From assembly GCA_037133395.1 (NCBI GenBank), contig JBAXOG010000001.1, positions 38,123-102,122 of the forward strand: DNA of 64,000 bases, given 5' to 3'. The notes beneath the pieces are model-generated. The model was not told where the DNA came from. It was given only the letters and a program-made list of their open reading frames with translations, and did no database searches. Below are positions 1 through 7,910 of this stretch, piece after piece. The DNA is from a bacterium (GTDB taxonomy: Bacteria > Verrucomicrobiota > Kiritimatiellia > RFP12 > UBA1067). A program made the position numbers and the translations under genes. Within the stretch, counting starts at the first letter, position 1, and each line of letters begins with the position of its first letter.

Positions 1-696
1 GAGCAGAATTTCCTGTGAACGGCCTTCCGCTTCATTGATACGCTTCATCTTTTCACCTTCGGACTTGGCGATCGCTTCTTGCTTATCACCTTCCGCGCGG
101 TTGATCTTGGCTTGGCGGTCACCTTCGGATTCAGCAATCAAAGCACGCTTTTCACGCTCTGCGCGCATCTGTTTTTCCATGGCGTCGCGGATGGTCTGGG
201 GAGGCGTGATGTTCTTGATCTCATAACGGGTCACCTTGATACCCCAGGGATCCGAGGCCTTGTCGACAGCCGCCACGATCGAACAATTGATCAGTGAACG
301 TTCTTCAAAGCTCTTATCCAATTCCAGCTTGCCCATCTCACTACGCATCGTGGTCTGTGCCAACTGCGTTGTCGCAAACAGGTAATTTCCAATACCATAC
401 GACGCTTTGGCCGGATCCATGACTTGGAGGTACAGGATGCCATCCACTTCCACGGTGATGTTATCACGTGTGATACATTGTTGGGGCGGAACGTCAATCG
501 CCTGTTCCTTCAGCGTGTGCTTATAGGCCACATTGTCAACAATCGGCCACAGCAGATGCAAACCAGCATCCAGTGTCTTATAATACTTACCTAGGCGTTC
601 TACAATGAAAGCCTGTTTCTGAGGTACAATGCGAATGCACTTCAAAATGGTATATACAACAGCTATTGCAACGGCTATTCCAATGAACTGAGACAT
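1..696 (-). CDS. SPFH/band-7 (stomatin/QmcA-like) protein, 3' end truncated by window edge
   Basis: Reverse-strand ATG at about 696. Translation MSQFIGIAVAIAVVYTILKCIRIVPQKQAFIVERLGKYY... ends with a EGEKMKRINEAEGR-type C-terminal repeat. This is the classic stomatin/HflKC N-terminus. It is not in the ORF track because no stop lies within the window. Confidence 0.75.
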   Translation of the reverse strand, partial: MSQFIGIAVAIAVVYTILKCIRIVPQKQAFIVERLGKYYKTLDAGLHLLWPIVDNVAYKHTLKEQAIDVPPQQCITRDNITVEVDGILYLQVMDPAKASYGIGNYLFATTQLAQTTMRSEMGKLELDKSFEERSLINCSIVAAVDKASDPWGIKVTRYEIKNITPPQTIRDAMEKQMRAEREKRALIAESEGDRQAKINRAEGDKQEAIAKSEGEKMKRINEAEGRSQEILL

Positions 697-737
697 GCGT
701 TTTACTCCTTCTTTTTTTGTTTTGTGAAAAATGAAAA

Positions 738-1169
738 TTACGCGTTTTTCTCGACGTACAACGTCAGGTTCTTCTTGCTCTTAATCCGGACCAGCATGCC
801 GACATCCAATACTTCCTCCGCTTCAGCAGTCCAGTTCGAACCATTAAACTCCACACGTCCGGGGTTCGCCGGGGAAATACATTCAACAACCGTCGCTCGT
901 TTCCCAGAGAAGGCATCAAACATGTCCTCCGTCACTTGAGAGGTTCCAGAAAAGGTCTTTTTCAATGTCTTGCGCAACAACGCAATGAACAAAATGGACA
1001 AGACGGAGAACATCAACCACTGAGCCAGTTGGGGAATACCAGGGAAAAACCAAATGATCAGCGCGAGGGCCAAGGCTGCGAGGCCAAAAAAAATAGAGAC
1101 CAAACCTGGGGTCATCACCTCAAGAACGATCAGTCCAATACCCGCATAGAGCCAATAAATCGCGTCCAT
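738..1169 (-). CDS. NfeD-family membrane protein, the partner usually encoded with stomatin
   Basis: 143-aa ORF with N-terminal transmembrane helices and a C-terminal OB-fold-like soluble domain. It lies immediately upstream of the SPFH gene on the same strand, the known NfeD-stomatin operon arrangement. Confidence 0.7.
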   Translation of the reverse strand: MDAIYWLYAGIGLIVLEVMTPGLVSIFFGLAALALALIIWFFPGIPQLAQWLMFSVLSILFIALLRKTLKKTFSGTSQVTEDMFDAFSGKRATVVECISPANPGRVEFNGSNWTAEAEEVLDVGMLVRIKSKKNLTLYVEKNA

Positions 1170-1238
1170 AATAAACAGCCCCTTCTTTGTGTCGTAATTA
1201 ATGTAACGTAAGAATAGTAAGTCAGCCCCGACAATAAG

Positions 1239-3338
1239 TCAATGCAAACCCACACGATAACGGGCCAAAGCTGAAATAGCGCCCTCCACGGTGGCTTCGT
1301 CGCCGATGATATCAGCTTTCGATCCCACCGCCCACAATGCAGCCTCGGTCGGCTTGCCAATGGCGACCAGCACCTTGCCTTGCAATGCTTGCGCCCCAAA
1401 CTGGCCGCAGAAGGATTCGACCGCGGACGCACTTGCAAAAAAGATCGCCTCGTGAGGCGGCAATGCATCGTATCGAATCCATTCGTTTTCGTAGAGCTTT
1501 GCATCCTCAACCGTTGCGCCTTTCGCACGCAACACATCAGCCAGCAACGAGCCGGCCTTTTCGGAGCGCAGACGCAAAACACGCGTACCCTTGAAATTCT
1601 GTTCCTGTAGCACTGCGGCCAAACCTTCCGCGCTATAATCCATAGGTGGCATCAAATCCGGCTGGAGGCCAAATGCCTTCAGGGCCGAGGCTGATCCAGG
1701 CCCGCAGGTCATGATTTTGGGGATCTTCCGCAAATCGTTCTTCTTCGCCTGCTCCATAAAAATTTGAACGGCCGAGGGAGAGGTCAGCACAATCCAATCG
1801 TAAGCGGTGTAGTCGGCTGTCATGGCGCACGGCACCAGTTTGATCAGCGGGCGCAAAAGAGGCACACCGCCGAAATCCGTGACCCGTTGCGCGGCCTTCT
1901 CCAGCAGCGCCTCGCTGCACGTCACGAGCACACGCTGTCCGCTCAATGCGCCTGTATCACGGCGATAGGTTGTTGCAGCAGCGGAACCGATAATCACCAG
2001 ACCTGGCGCATCAGAATCAATTTTAGATTTTAGATTTGTGATTTGTGATTTGAGCTGCTGTAAATCGAGAAGATGAATCTCCTCATTATCCGAACCCGCA
2101 TCGTACACAATAGCCACGGGCGTATTCGCCGCCCACCCTTCATCCATCAATTGCGTAGCCATATCCGGGGCGACGGTCAGGGACATAAAGAGCACCAAGG
2201 GCACTTTGTCGCGCACCGCACGGCCAACGCCCGAGACACCGCCCTCAGCCGCACGGGGCGTCATGGCGGTGAAGCCGCGCGACACGCCGCGCTTGGTCAG
2301 TAACATGCCTGTGCCGGTTGTCGCAACGGTCAACGCGCTCACGCCTGCACGGACGCGGTACGGCATGGCCAGACGGTCAAGCTCCTCGATTTCTTCGGCC
2401 AGGCGACCGAATAACCCAGGATCTCCACCCTTTAGACGCACGACCCGCTTGCCTTGGCGCGCATATTTTGCAATGAGCGTGGTGATATCCGTCTGCTTCA
2501 CGCTGTGTTCACCGCAGCGCTTACCCACAAAGACGCGCTCCGCGGCAGCTGGCACATCATTCAGGAGCGCCTCATCCATCAACACATCATAAAGACAGAC
2601 CTCTGCCTGGCGAAGATCCTTGAGTCCACCCAGCGTGCAATAATCAGCCGAGCCAACGCCTGCGCCGACAAAGCGGACTGCCTTAACAAAGTAACCGCGG
2701 AGCTTGGTGAGTATCGGGTCACCCAACCGGAATGAGACGGCCAGATAGCCTTGCCCTGCGGGCACAGGAAGTGTCTCCAGGGGCACCCATTCGGTGACGC
2801 GACTCTCCAGATCTAACCGTTTCAATGCCGCGCCAGCCATGAGCATTGCATCGAAATCACCCGCGTCGAGTTGATCAAGCCGGGCGTGTATTGTGCCACG
2901 GATTGTCTTCATCATTGCATGGGGAAAACGTGTTCGACAATAAGTTTCACGACGGGCGCTGCTGATGCCAACGCACGGCGCATCGGGCAGGTCTGCCAGT
3001 GTCTTGCCTTTGGGAAGAATCCAGGCATCACGCGGGTCTTCGCGCCAGGGGAGCCAGAACCAATCAAGGTCTGCGGCTACAGGATCAGGCAAATCTTTTG
3101 CGCTGTGAACAGCGATGTCGATGCGCCCACTCCGCAACGCGTCATCCAGATCGCGCGTAAAAAAATCATCCGGACTCAACCGCAGATCGGTCGTGAGATC
3201 ACGGTCGCCCATCGTGGTGATTGGCACAATTTCAAATTCCAGTCCAGGGAAGAGTTTTTCAATACGCTTCAATGCGTCCTGCGTCTGAATCATCGCAAGC
3301 TTGCTTCCCCGGGTCCCGACTTTTAATAAGGTCTTCAT
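1239..3338 (-). CDS. Trifunctional tetrapyrrole enzyme: hydroxymethylbilane synthase (HemC) + uroporphyrinogen-III C-methyltransferase (CobA/SUMT) + uroporphyrinogen-III synthase (HemD)
   Basis: N-terminus VGTRGSKLAMIQTQ is the HemC signature. The middle has FVGAGVGSADYCTLGGL...LYD and GKRVVRLKGGDPGLFGR, the SUMT motifs. The C-terminus has RVLVTCSEALLEKAA...GGVPLLRPLIKLVP, HemD-like. A single 699-aa ORF. An internal TTTTAGATTTTAGATTTGTGATTTGTGATTTG tandem repeat encodes an inter-domain linker. Confidence 0.8.
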   Translation of the reverse strand: MKTLLKVGTRGSKLAMIQTQDALKRIEKLFPGLEFEIVPITTMGDRDLTTDLRLSPDDFFTRDLDDALRSGRIDIAVHSAKDLPDPVAADLDWFWLPWREDPRDAWILPKGKTLADLPDAPCVGISSARRETYCRTRFPHAMMKTIRGTIHARLDQLDAGDFDAMLMAGAALKRLDLESRVTEWVPLETLPVPAGQGYLAVSFRLGDPILTKLRGYFVKAVRFVGAGVGSADYCTLGGLKDLRQAEVCLYDVLMDEALLNDVPAAAERVFVGKRCGEHSVKQTDITTLIAKYARQGKRVVRLKGGDPGLFGRLAEEIEELDRLAMPYRVRAGVSALTVATTGTGMLLTKRGVSRGFTAMTPRAAEGGVSGVGRAVRDKVPLVLFMSLTVAPDMATQLMDEGWAANTPVAIVYDAGSDNEEIHLLDLQQLKSQITNLKSKIDSDAPGLVIIGSAAATTYRRDTGALSGQRVLVTCSEALLEKAAQRVTDFGGVPLLRPLIKLVPCAMTADYTAYDWIVLTSPSAVQIFMEQAKKNDLRKIPKIMTCGPGSASALKAFGLQPDLMPPMDYSAEGLAAVLQEQNFKGTRVLRLRSEKAGSLLADVLRAKGATVEDAKLYENEWIRYDALPPHEAIFFASASAVESFCGQFGAQALQGKVLVAIGKPTEAALWAVGSKADIIGDEATVEGAISALARYRVGLH

Positions 3339-3377
3339 GAATTACTTTCCTTGGCGAGCGGCGATCTAACTCCATTT

Positions 3378-3424
3378 TTTGAGGTGCAGGTTTTGCACCT
3401 CAAAAACATAACCTCTTAATTATT
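3378..3424. repeat. Hairpin-containing repeat, copy A (TTTGAGGT-hairpin-ACCTCAAAAACATAACCTCTTAATTA)
   Basis: Perfect 9-bp inverted repeat TGAGGTGCA/TGCACCTCA followed by a tail that is conserved in copy B at 11096-11140. It lies between the mod stop and the start of the hemC-fusion gene. Confidence 0.6.
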
Positions 3425-6059
3425 TTTCGGACATAACCTTGGTTGTTTCCTCGCCAAACTGACTGACGACGCGGACGGCGACGCGCTGGCCGGACTTGAG
3501 TGGAAAGGGTCGGCTGATATGGCCGTAGGCAGCAGCGAAGGCTTCGTCATCGATTTCCAGCTTGAGAGTCTGCTCGACCTTTCTCTTCGTGGTCGCAAGC
3601 GCCATGTTGCCGAGCTCTTTCTTCCACTGATCGAATTCGTCTTTGTCACCACCGCAGAAGAAGACCTGACGGACGACAAAGTTGGAGCCGTCGTAATCAT
3701 CGTCAAGCATCCAGTAGGCAATGTCGTGGACATCGCGGCTCTTGACCTCGTCGCGGATAGGATCATAGATGTCCAGCCCGGCGATTTCGACCGTGCCGGT
3801 GCCTCCCTTGCCACGGTGCAGACGGATATCAGGCTCGCCAATGGTGACGAAGCTAGCGGCTTTCTTGTCGCGCTTAAGGAGGCCCGTCTGTAACAGGTCG
3901 TCGTGCATACGTACGATGCTGACCTGGAAGGAACCGAAGCTGCGGCTGAGTTCCGTGAGGCCGCTTTCAAAAGCGAAACCGAGAATCAGCAGCCAGTCTG
4001 CATCATGGCGATCACGGCATGCTTTGATCGCCTCGTTGACCGCCTGCTTGCTGACAGTGCCAAACTTAGGTCCGATGTGGAGGTAGGCCTTCTTTTCGCC
4101 AGTCTTAGTCTCATAGAAGCCCTCCGCGTGCAACTCGGACGAGCTGAGTCGGTCGATGCGGGTGAAGACTGCTTGCTGCGACTTGTCACCGGTCTTGACA
4201 CCGGCGGACTTGAGGTGCTCGAAGATCATGTTCTCAAAGGCGGCAAGATCTTCGACACTCTCGCGCTGACGGGCGAGTTCCTCTGGGGAAACAGGTTCAT
4301 AGTTCTGCAGGGTATCGACGGTGAACGGCCCGGCGACTCGCAGGCGCTTCTTGTCCTCCAGTGGCTGGTCGTAGAGCGTCTCTTCGTCAGGCGGTTCATT
4401 GTTAGCGATACTTTTGAGTGTAATGTGCGGCACCTTCTTGTAGATGAACCCGTAGCGAACATTGTGACCTCGCAACTCGCTTTTCTTCGCTGGGGCCGAC
4501 GCTCCAGCCTTGCCTTTGCGCTCCAGAACGGCGCGCTCACCCTCCTCGGAGTCGTAGAGGGTGTAGAAGGGGAAGGTCGCTGTCATAAGTCGCGTCTTGG
4601 TGATGTTCAGCGCGATGCGCGAGGTGTCGATGGTGATCCATCGACGACCCCACTGCTCGGCTACGTAGGCCGTTGTTCCACTACCGCAGGTCGGGTCAAG
4701 CACGAGATCGCCTGGATCGGTGGTCATGAGAATAGTACGGGCAATAACTTTCTCAGCTGTTTGAACGACGTAAACCTTGTCGGCAAGTCCGGTGTCATCC
4801 CAGTAGTTCGTTACTGCGGTTGCTGGGAAATCGTCGAAATAACGGACATAGCGTAGGGTCTCACCCGTAGCTACAACACGGTTTGCACTAATTAAATTCT
4901 TGAAACCCCGCTCGTTAGTCTTCCAGTTCGTTCTATAAAATTCGCGATTTTCAAACTTAACGTTGAATGTTGTGCTAGCCCCTGAGCTTTCTGAAATTAG
5001 GGCTGTAATTTGATAGAGTTTTGCACCATCATCGAGCAGAGGGCGAAGCAGTTTCGGATTGACCTTTTCCTCTCTAGTAAGCGCACGTCGTTTGCCGTCT
5101 TTAAGTTCGATTTGATCGTAACGCTCGCCTGTTCCTTTTCCGATGCCGATTTCCTTTTCTGTGTAGATTGGACGGTATTTGATTCTTTCGATGTCTTTGG
5201 CGTACCACACGAGATAATCAAAAACCGAATCGAGTTGTGAGGCGCCTTTGCCTCCTGTCTTCCTTACATTTATCATGCTGACAAAGTTCCCGCTTCCAAA
5301 CACCTCGTCCATCAAACAACGGACAAGGTGAACATTCTCGTCGGATATCTGGACGAAGCAAGAACCGGAATCGTGGAGAAGCTGTTTGGCGACGAGGAGA
5401 CGGTCCCGGAGGTAGCTGAGGTAGGAGTGGATACCGAGTTCCCATGTATCGCGGAAGGCCTTGATCTGTTCGGGCTCGCCAGAGAGGGAGTCGTCATTAC
5501 CGTCGGTCACGATGCGGTTGTTGAGTTTGATCTGCCAGTTTGAACCATACTTGATGCCATAGGGCGGGTCGATGTAGATGCACTGGACCTGGCCGGCCAT
5601 TCCCTCACGTTCAAGGAGGGAGGTCATACTGAGGAGGGAGTCGCCCTGGATGAGCCGGTTGGTCCAGCCGTCGGAGTGGGTGTAGTAGTCAGAGACCTTT
5701 TCAAGCTCCTCGCGCTCAAGGGCATTTCCGAAAAGTTCGTTGGCGGAGAAGAGGTCGGGCTGTTCCTTGTTTTCAGTGGCGGTGACGCGGTAGAGTCCTT
5801 TGATGAGCGCCTCGGGGGCGATGTGCTCGTGGCGATAGAGGGAGCGGATCGGGATGCGCAGTTCCGGGGTCTTATCCTTCTCCAGCCAGAAGAGTTCGGG
5901 GTCCTGACCGCGGTGGACGACCGGATTGACCGGGAGGTAGGCGGTATCCGGGGCTTCACGGACGATGGTGCTACCGGACTCATATCCGGCCTCTTCGGCA
6001 CTGGGGATGTGGGCGCGCTTGTCTGCAGAGTGCTTGAGGGCTTTAACGGTGTATTTCAT
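3420..6059 (-). CDS. mod: Type III-like R-M modification subunit: beta-class N6-adenine DNA methyltransferase with a roughly 400-aa C-terminal extension
   Basis: Motif [10 protein letters not shown] precedes motif [11 protein letters not shown]. That order is the beta-class arrangement typical of Type III Mod. 879 aa is longer than usual Mod proteins. Confidence 0.8.
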   Translation of the reverse strand: MKYTVKALKHSADKRAHIPSAEEAGYESGSTIVREAPDTAYLPVNPVVHRGQDPELFWLEKDKTPELRIPIRSLYRHEHIAPEALIKGLYRVTATENKEQPDLFSANELFGNALEREELEKVSDYYTHSDGWTNRLIQGDSLLSMTSLLEREGMAGQVQCIYIDPPYGIKYGSNWQIKLNNRIVTDGNDDSLSGEPEQIKAFRDTWELGIHSYLSYLRDRLLVAKQLLHDSGSCFVQISDENVHLVRCLMDEVFGSGNFVSMINVRKTGGKGASQLDSVFDYLVWYAKDIERIKYRPIYTEKEIGIGKGTGERYDQIELKDGKRRALTREEKVNPKLLRPLLDDGAKLYQITALISESSGASTTFNVKFENREFYRTNWKTNERGFKNLISANRVVATGETLRYVRYFDDFPATAVTNYWDDTGLADKVYVVQTAEKVIARTILMTTDPGDLVLDPTCGSGTTAYVAEQWGRRWITIDTSRIALNITKTRLMTATFPFYTLYDSEEGERAVLERKGKAGASAPAKKSELRGHNVRYGFIYKKVPHITLKSIANNEPPDEETLYDQPLEDKKRLRVAGPFTVDTLQNYEPVSPEELARQRESVEDLAAFENMIFEHLKSAGVKTGDKSQQAVFTRIDRLSSSELHAEGFYETKTGEKKAYLHIGPKFGTVSKQAVNEAIKACRDRHDADWLLILGFAFESGLTELSRSFGSFQVSIVRMHDDLLQTGLLKRDKKAASFVTIGEPDIRLHRGKGGTGTVEIAGLDIYDPIRDEVKSRDVHDIAYWMLDDDYDGSNFVVRQVFFCGGDKDEFDQWKKELGNMALATTKRKVEQTLKLEIDDEAFAAAYGHISRPFPLKSGQRVAVRVVSQFGEETTKVMSEK

Positions 6060-6229
6060 GGCGGGTGTTCTCCGGAAGGGGGGTCATTTGATTAGGCACT
6101 GCCCGAATAAAACGGTCTCTATTTGGCAGGCATTTGTCATAATCGGAACATTCTTTCGTTCAAAGTGTTACAGCGGTTTATCGGTTAGAACGGCCTTCAA
6201 AGGACACGATTTGTCTAATGAAAAGGTCA

Positions 6230-7903
6230 TTATTTGCCATCCTTATGTCTAATGAAATAACGCGAGCCGACTCCGCGCTTACCGTTATGTTGGATTGCTG
6301 CCTCTTCACGCAGTTGTCCGATCGCGTGGCGCAGGGTGCGTAGAGGAATTTCCGAACCGATACGGCGGTGGAGATCTGAGAGTGACGAGGGCGAGGTTTC
6401 ATCCGGGGAATAGGTCTGTAAGTCTTCGAGGATGAGGTGGCGGAGGCGGTGGGGCTCGATCTTTTTGAGGGTTGTGGGGCCCTTTGCCTGCGAAAGCCGC
6501 AGCCATTCCGGATTGACCAGGTATTCGGTGGCGCGGGTCCGGCCACGAGAGAGGAGCAGCTTCTTGTCGAGAAGCGAGCCCAGCCAGGAACGGACGCGGG
6601 TGTCGTCCGAGAGGTCCAGGATGCGGTTAAAGTCGGAAGCTTTAAGCAAGCCATGCTGGGCGATGAGTCCGAGGCAGATACGCTCTCGCGGGCGCAAGTT
6701 GAACTGCTGGCTTGCCGTAGAGAGCAAGCTGACGATCTCGGGCTTCATGATGCGGCGCTCGACGCAGACCGTGACCGAGTCGTTCTCTTCGCGAAGGACA
6801 GGCACAGGGCGTCCACGGGAGAGGAGCGCGTCGTACATGCGGTCATAGCCGCTGCCTTCACGCTCCATGAGGTGCAGGGCATAGAAGACCTGGGCAAGGT
6901 GCCGGTTGCGCTGCACGCTCGTGTGCAGGATGTTTTTCGGCGTAACGCCAAGCGGGAGAAGTCCGGGATTCTGGATTTCAAGGCGGTCTGGATAAAGGCG
7001 AATAAAGATGTCGCCGCGCGTGGTATAGGGCCGGTGACAGAGGGCATTGGCAAGCAGTTCGCGGAGCACGGTTTCATCGTAGTGCGGAACGGTTTCGGTG
7101 AACAGGCCATCGCGAATTTCCGTGTATTCACGCCAGTCGGGAATCTCTTTCCAGATAGCTTCGATCATTTCTTTTGGATTGAGGTCGAAGTCAGACCACT
7201 CGCGTTTAGCGACTTTCTGTTCACTTCCGTCATATTTGATGAACTGAACAGCCGGCGCGAAAAGAAGCACGGCACGGTCTTCGCGGCGGCCGACCCACAG
7301 GATGCCAAGATTCGAGAGAACGCCATCGCGGGCCATCAGAAAGTGTTCGAGAATTTCAACGTCATTCTTCTCTTTGACAAAGTCGGTCACGCGGTCTGAA
7401 GCGCGGATGTCGGAGAGAAAACGCGAAAGCTGTACCGGATTGGCGCTCGCCACAGGTATTCGGCGAGTGGCCTGCGTCTCCCAGACATAAGCATCTTTGT
7501 CGGCAAGGAGGCGCGGCAGTTCATCAGGCATCACTGGCTTACTCTCGTCGGCAACACGGATGAAGTAGCGCCCGTCTGTCGTGGAGGCAATGGTCTGACG
7601 GCTTTGAAGGACGCGGAGTTCAAGGATCTCGCCTCCATTGTTGGCAATTTGGATTTCTGGCGTAACTGCGACGTTGACACAGTGCTGGCTAACACCTTTG
7701 CGCAGGCGATCCGGGAGCGTCTGAGCGATGCGTTGATCGGGAGGTGGCACGGACAGATCATCCTCGATGCCGAAATGAAGGATGCCACCGCCAGCATTGG
7801 CAAAGGCAACACAATGCTTGGCGATCTTTTGCCAATCCCAGCGCTTGGGCTCAGCGGCAAAGGTGAGCAGCGATTTTTTGTCGTATGTCTGGCCTTCGTC
7901 CAT
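6230..7903 (-). CDS. COG2865-type protein: Schlafen-like AlbA_2 DNA-binding domain + HATPase_c_4 + C-terminal winged HTH
   Basis: FANAGGGILHFGIEDD matches AlbA_2. RELLANALCHRPYTTRGDIFIRLYPDRLEIQNPGLL matches HATPase_c_4. The ORF track starts at 8017, overlapping res by about 100 nt. An in-frame ATG (MDEGQTYDKK) at about 7903, 7 nt after the res stop, is the more likely start. Confidence 0.7.
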   Translation of the reverse strand: MDEGQTYDKKSLLTFAAEPKRWDWQKIAKHCVAFANAGGGILHFGIEDDLSVPPPDQRIAQTLPDRLRKGVSQHCVNVAVTPEIQIANNGGEILELRVLQSRQTIASTTDGRYFIRVADESKPVMPDELPRLLADKDAYVWETQATRRIPVASANPVQLSRFLSDIRASDRVTDFVKEKNDVEILEHFLMARDGVLSNLGILWVGRREDRAVLLFAPAVQFIKYDGSEQKVAKREWSDFDLNPKEMIEAIWKEIPDWREYTEIRDGLFTETVPHYDETVLRELLANALCHRPYTTRGDIFIRLYPDRLEIQNPGLLPLGVTPKNILHTSVQRNRHLAQVFYALHLMEREGSGYDRMYDALLSRGRPVPVLREENDSVTVCVERRIMKPEIVSLLSTASQQFNLRPRERICLGLIAQHGLLKASDFNRILDLSDDTRVRSWLGSLLDKKLLLSRGRTRATEYLVNPEWLRLSQAKGPTTLKKIEPHRLRHLILEDLQTYSPDETSPSSLSDLHRRIGSEIPLRTLRHAIGQLREEAAIQHNGKRGVGSRYFIRHKDGK

Positions 7904-7910
7904 AAGTGAT

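Noticed and set aside
3378-3405. Hairpin A as a rho-independent terminator for mod
   Set aside because: The stem is followed by an A-run, not a U-run, in both orientations. Treated as a structured repeat or leader instead.
3903-4856. 317-aa plus-strand ORF
   Set aside because: Entirely antisense to the mod coding region. GC-rich shadow ORF with no motifs.
6437-7399. 320-aa plus-strand ORF
   Set aside because: Antisense to the COG2865 gene. Low-complexity Asp/Val-rich translation typical of a reverse-strand artefact.
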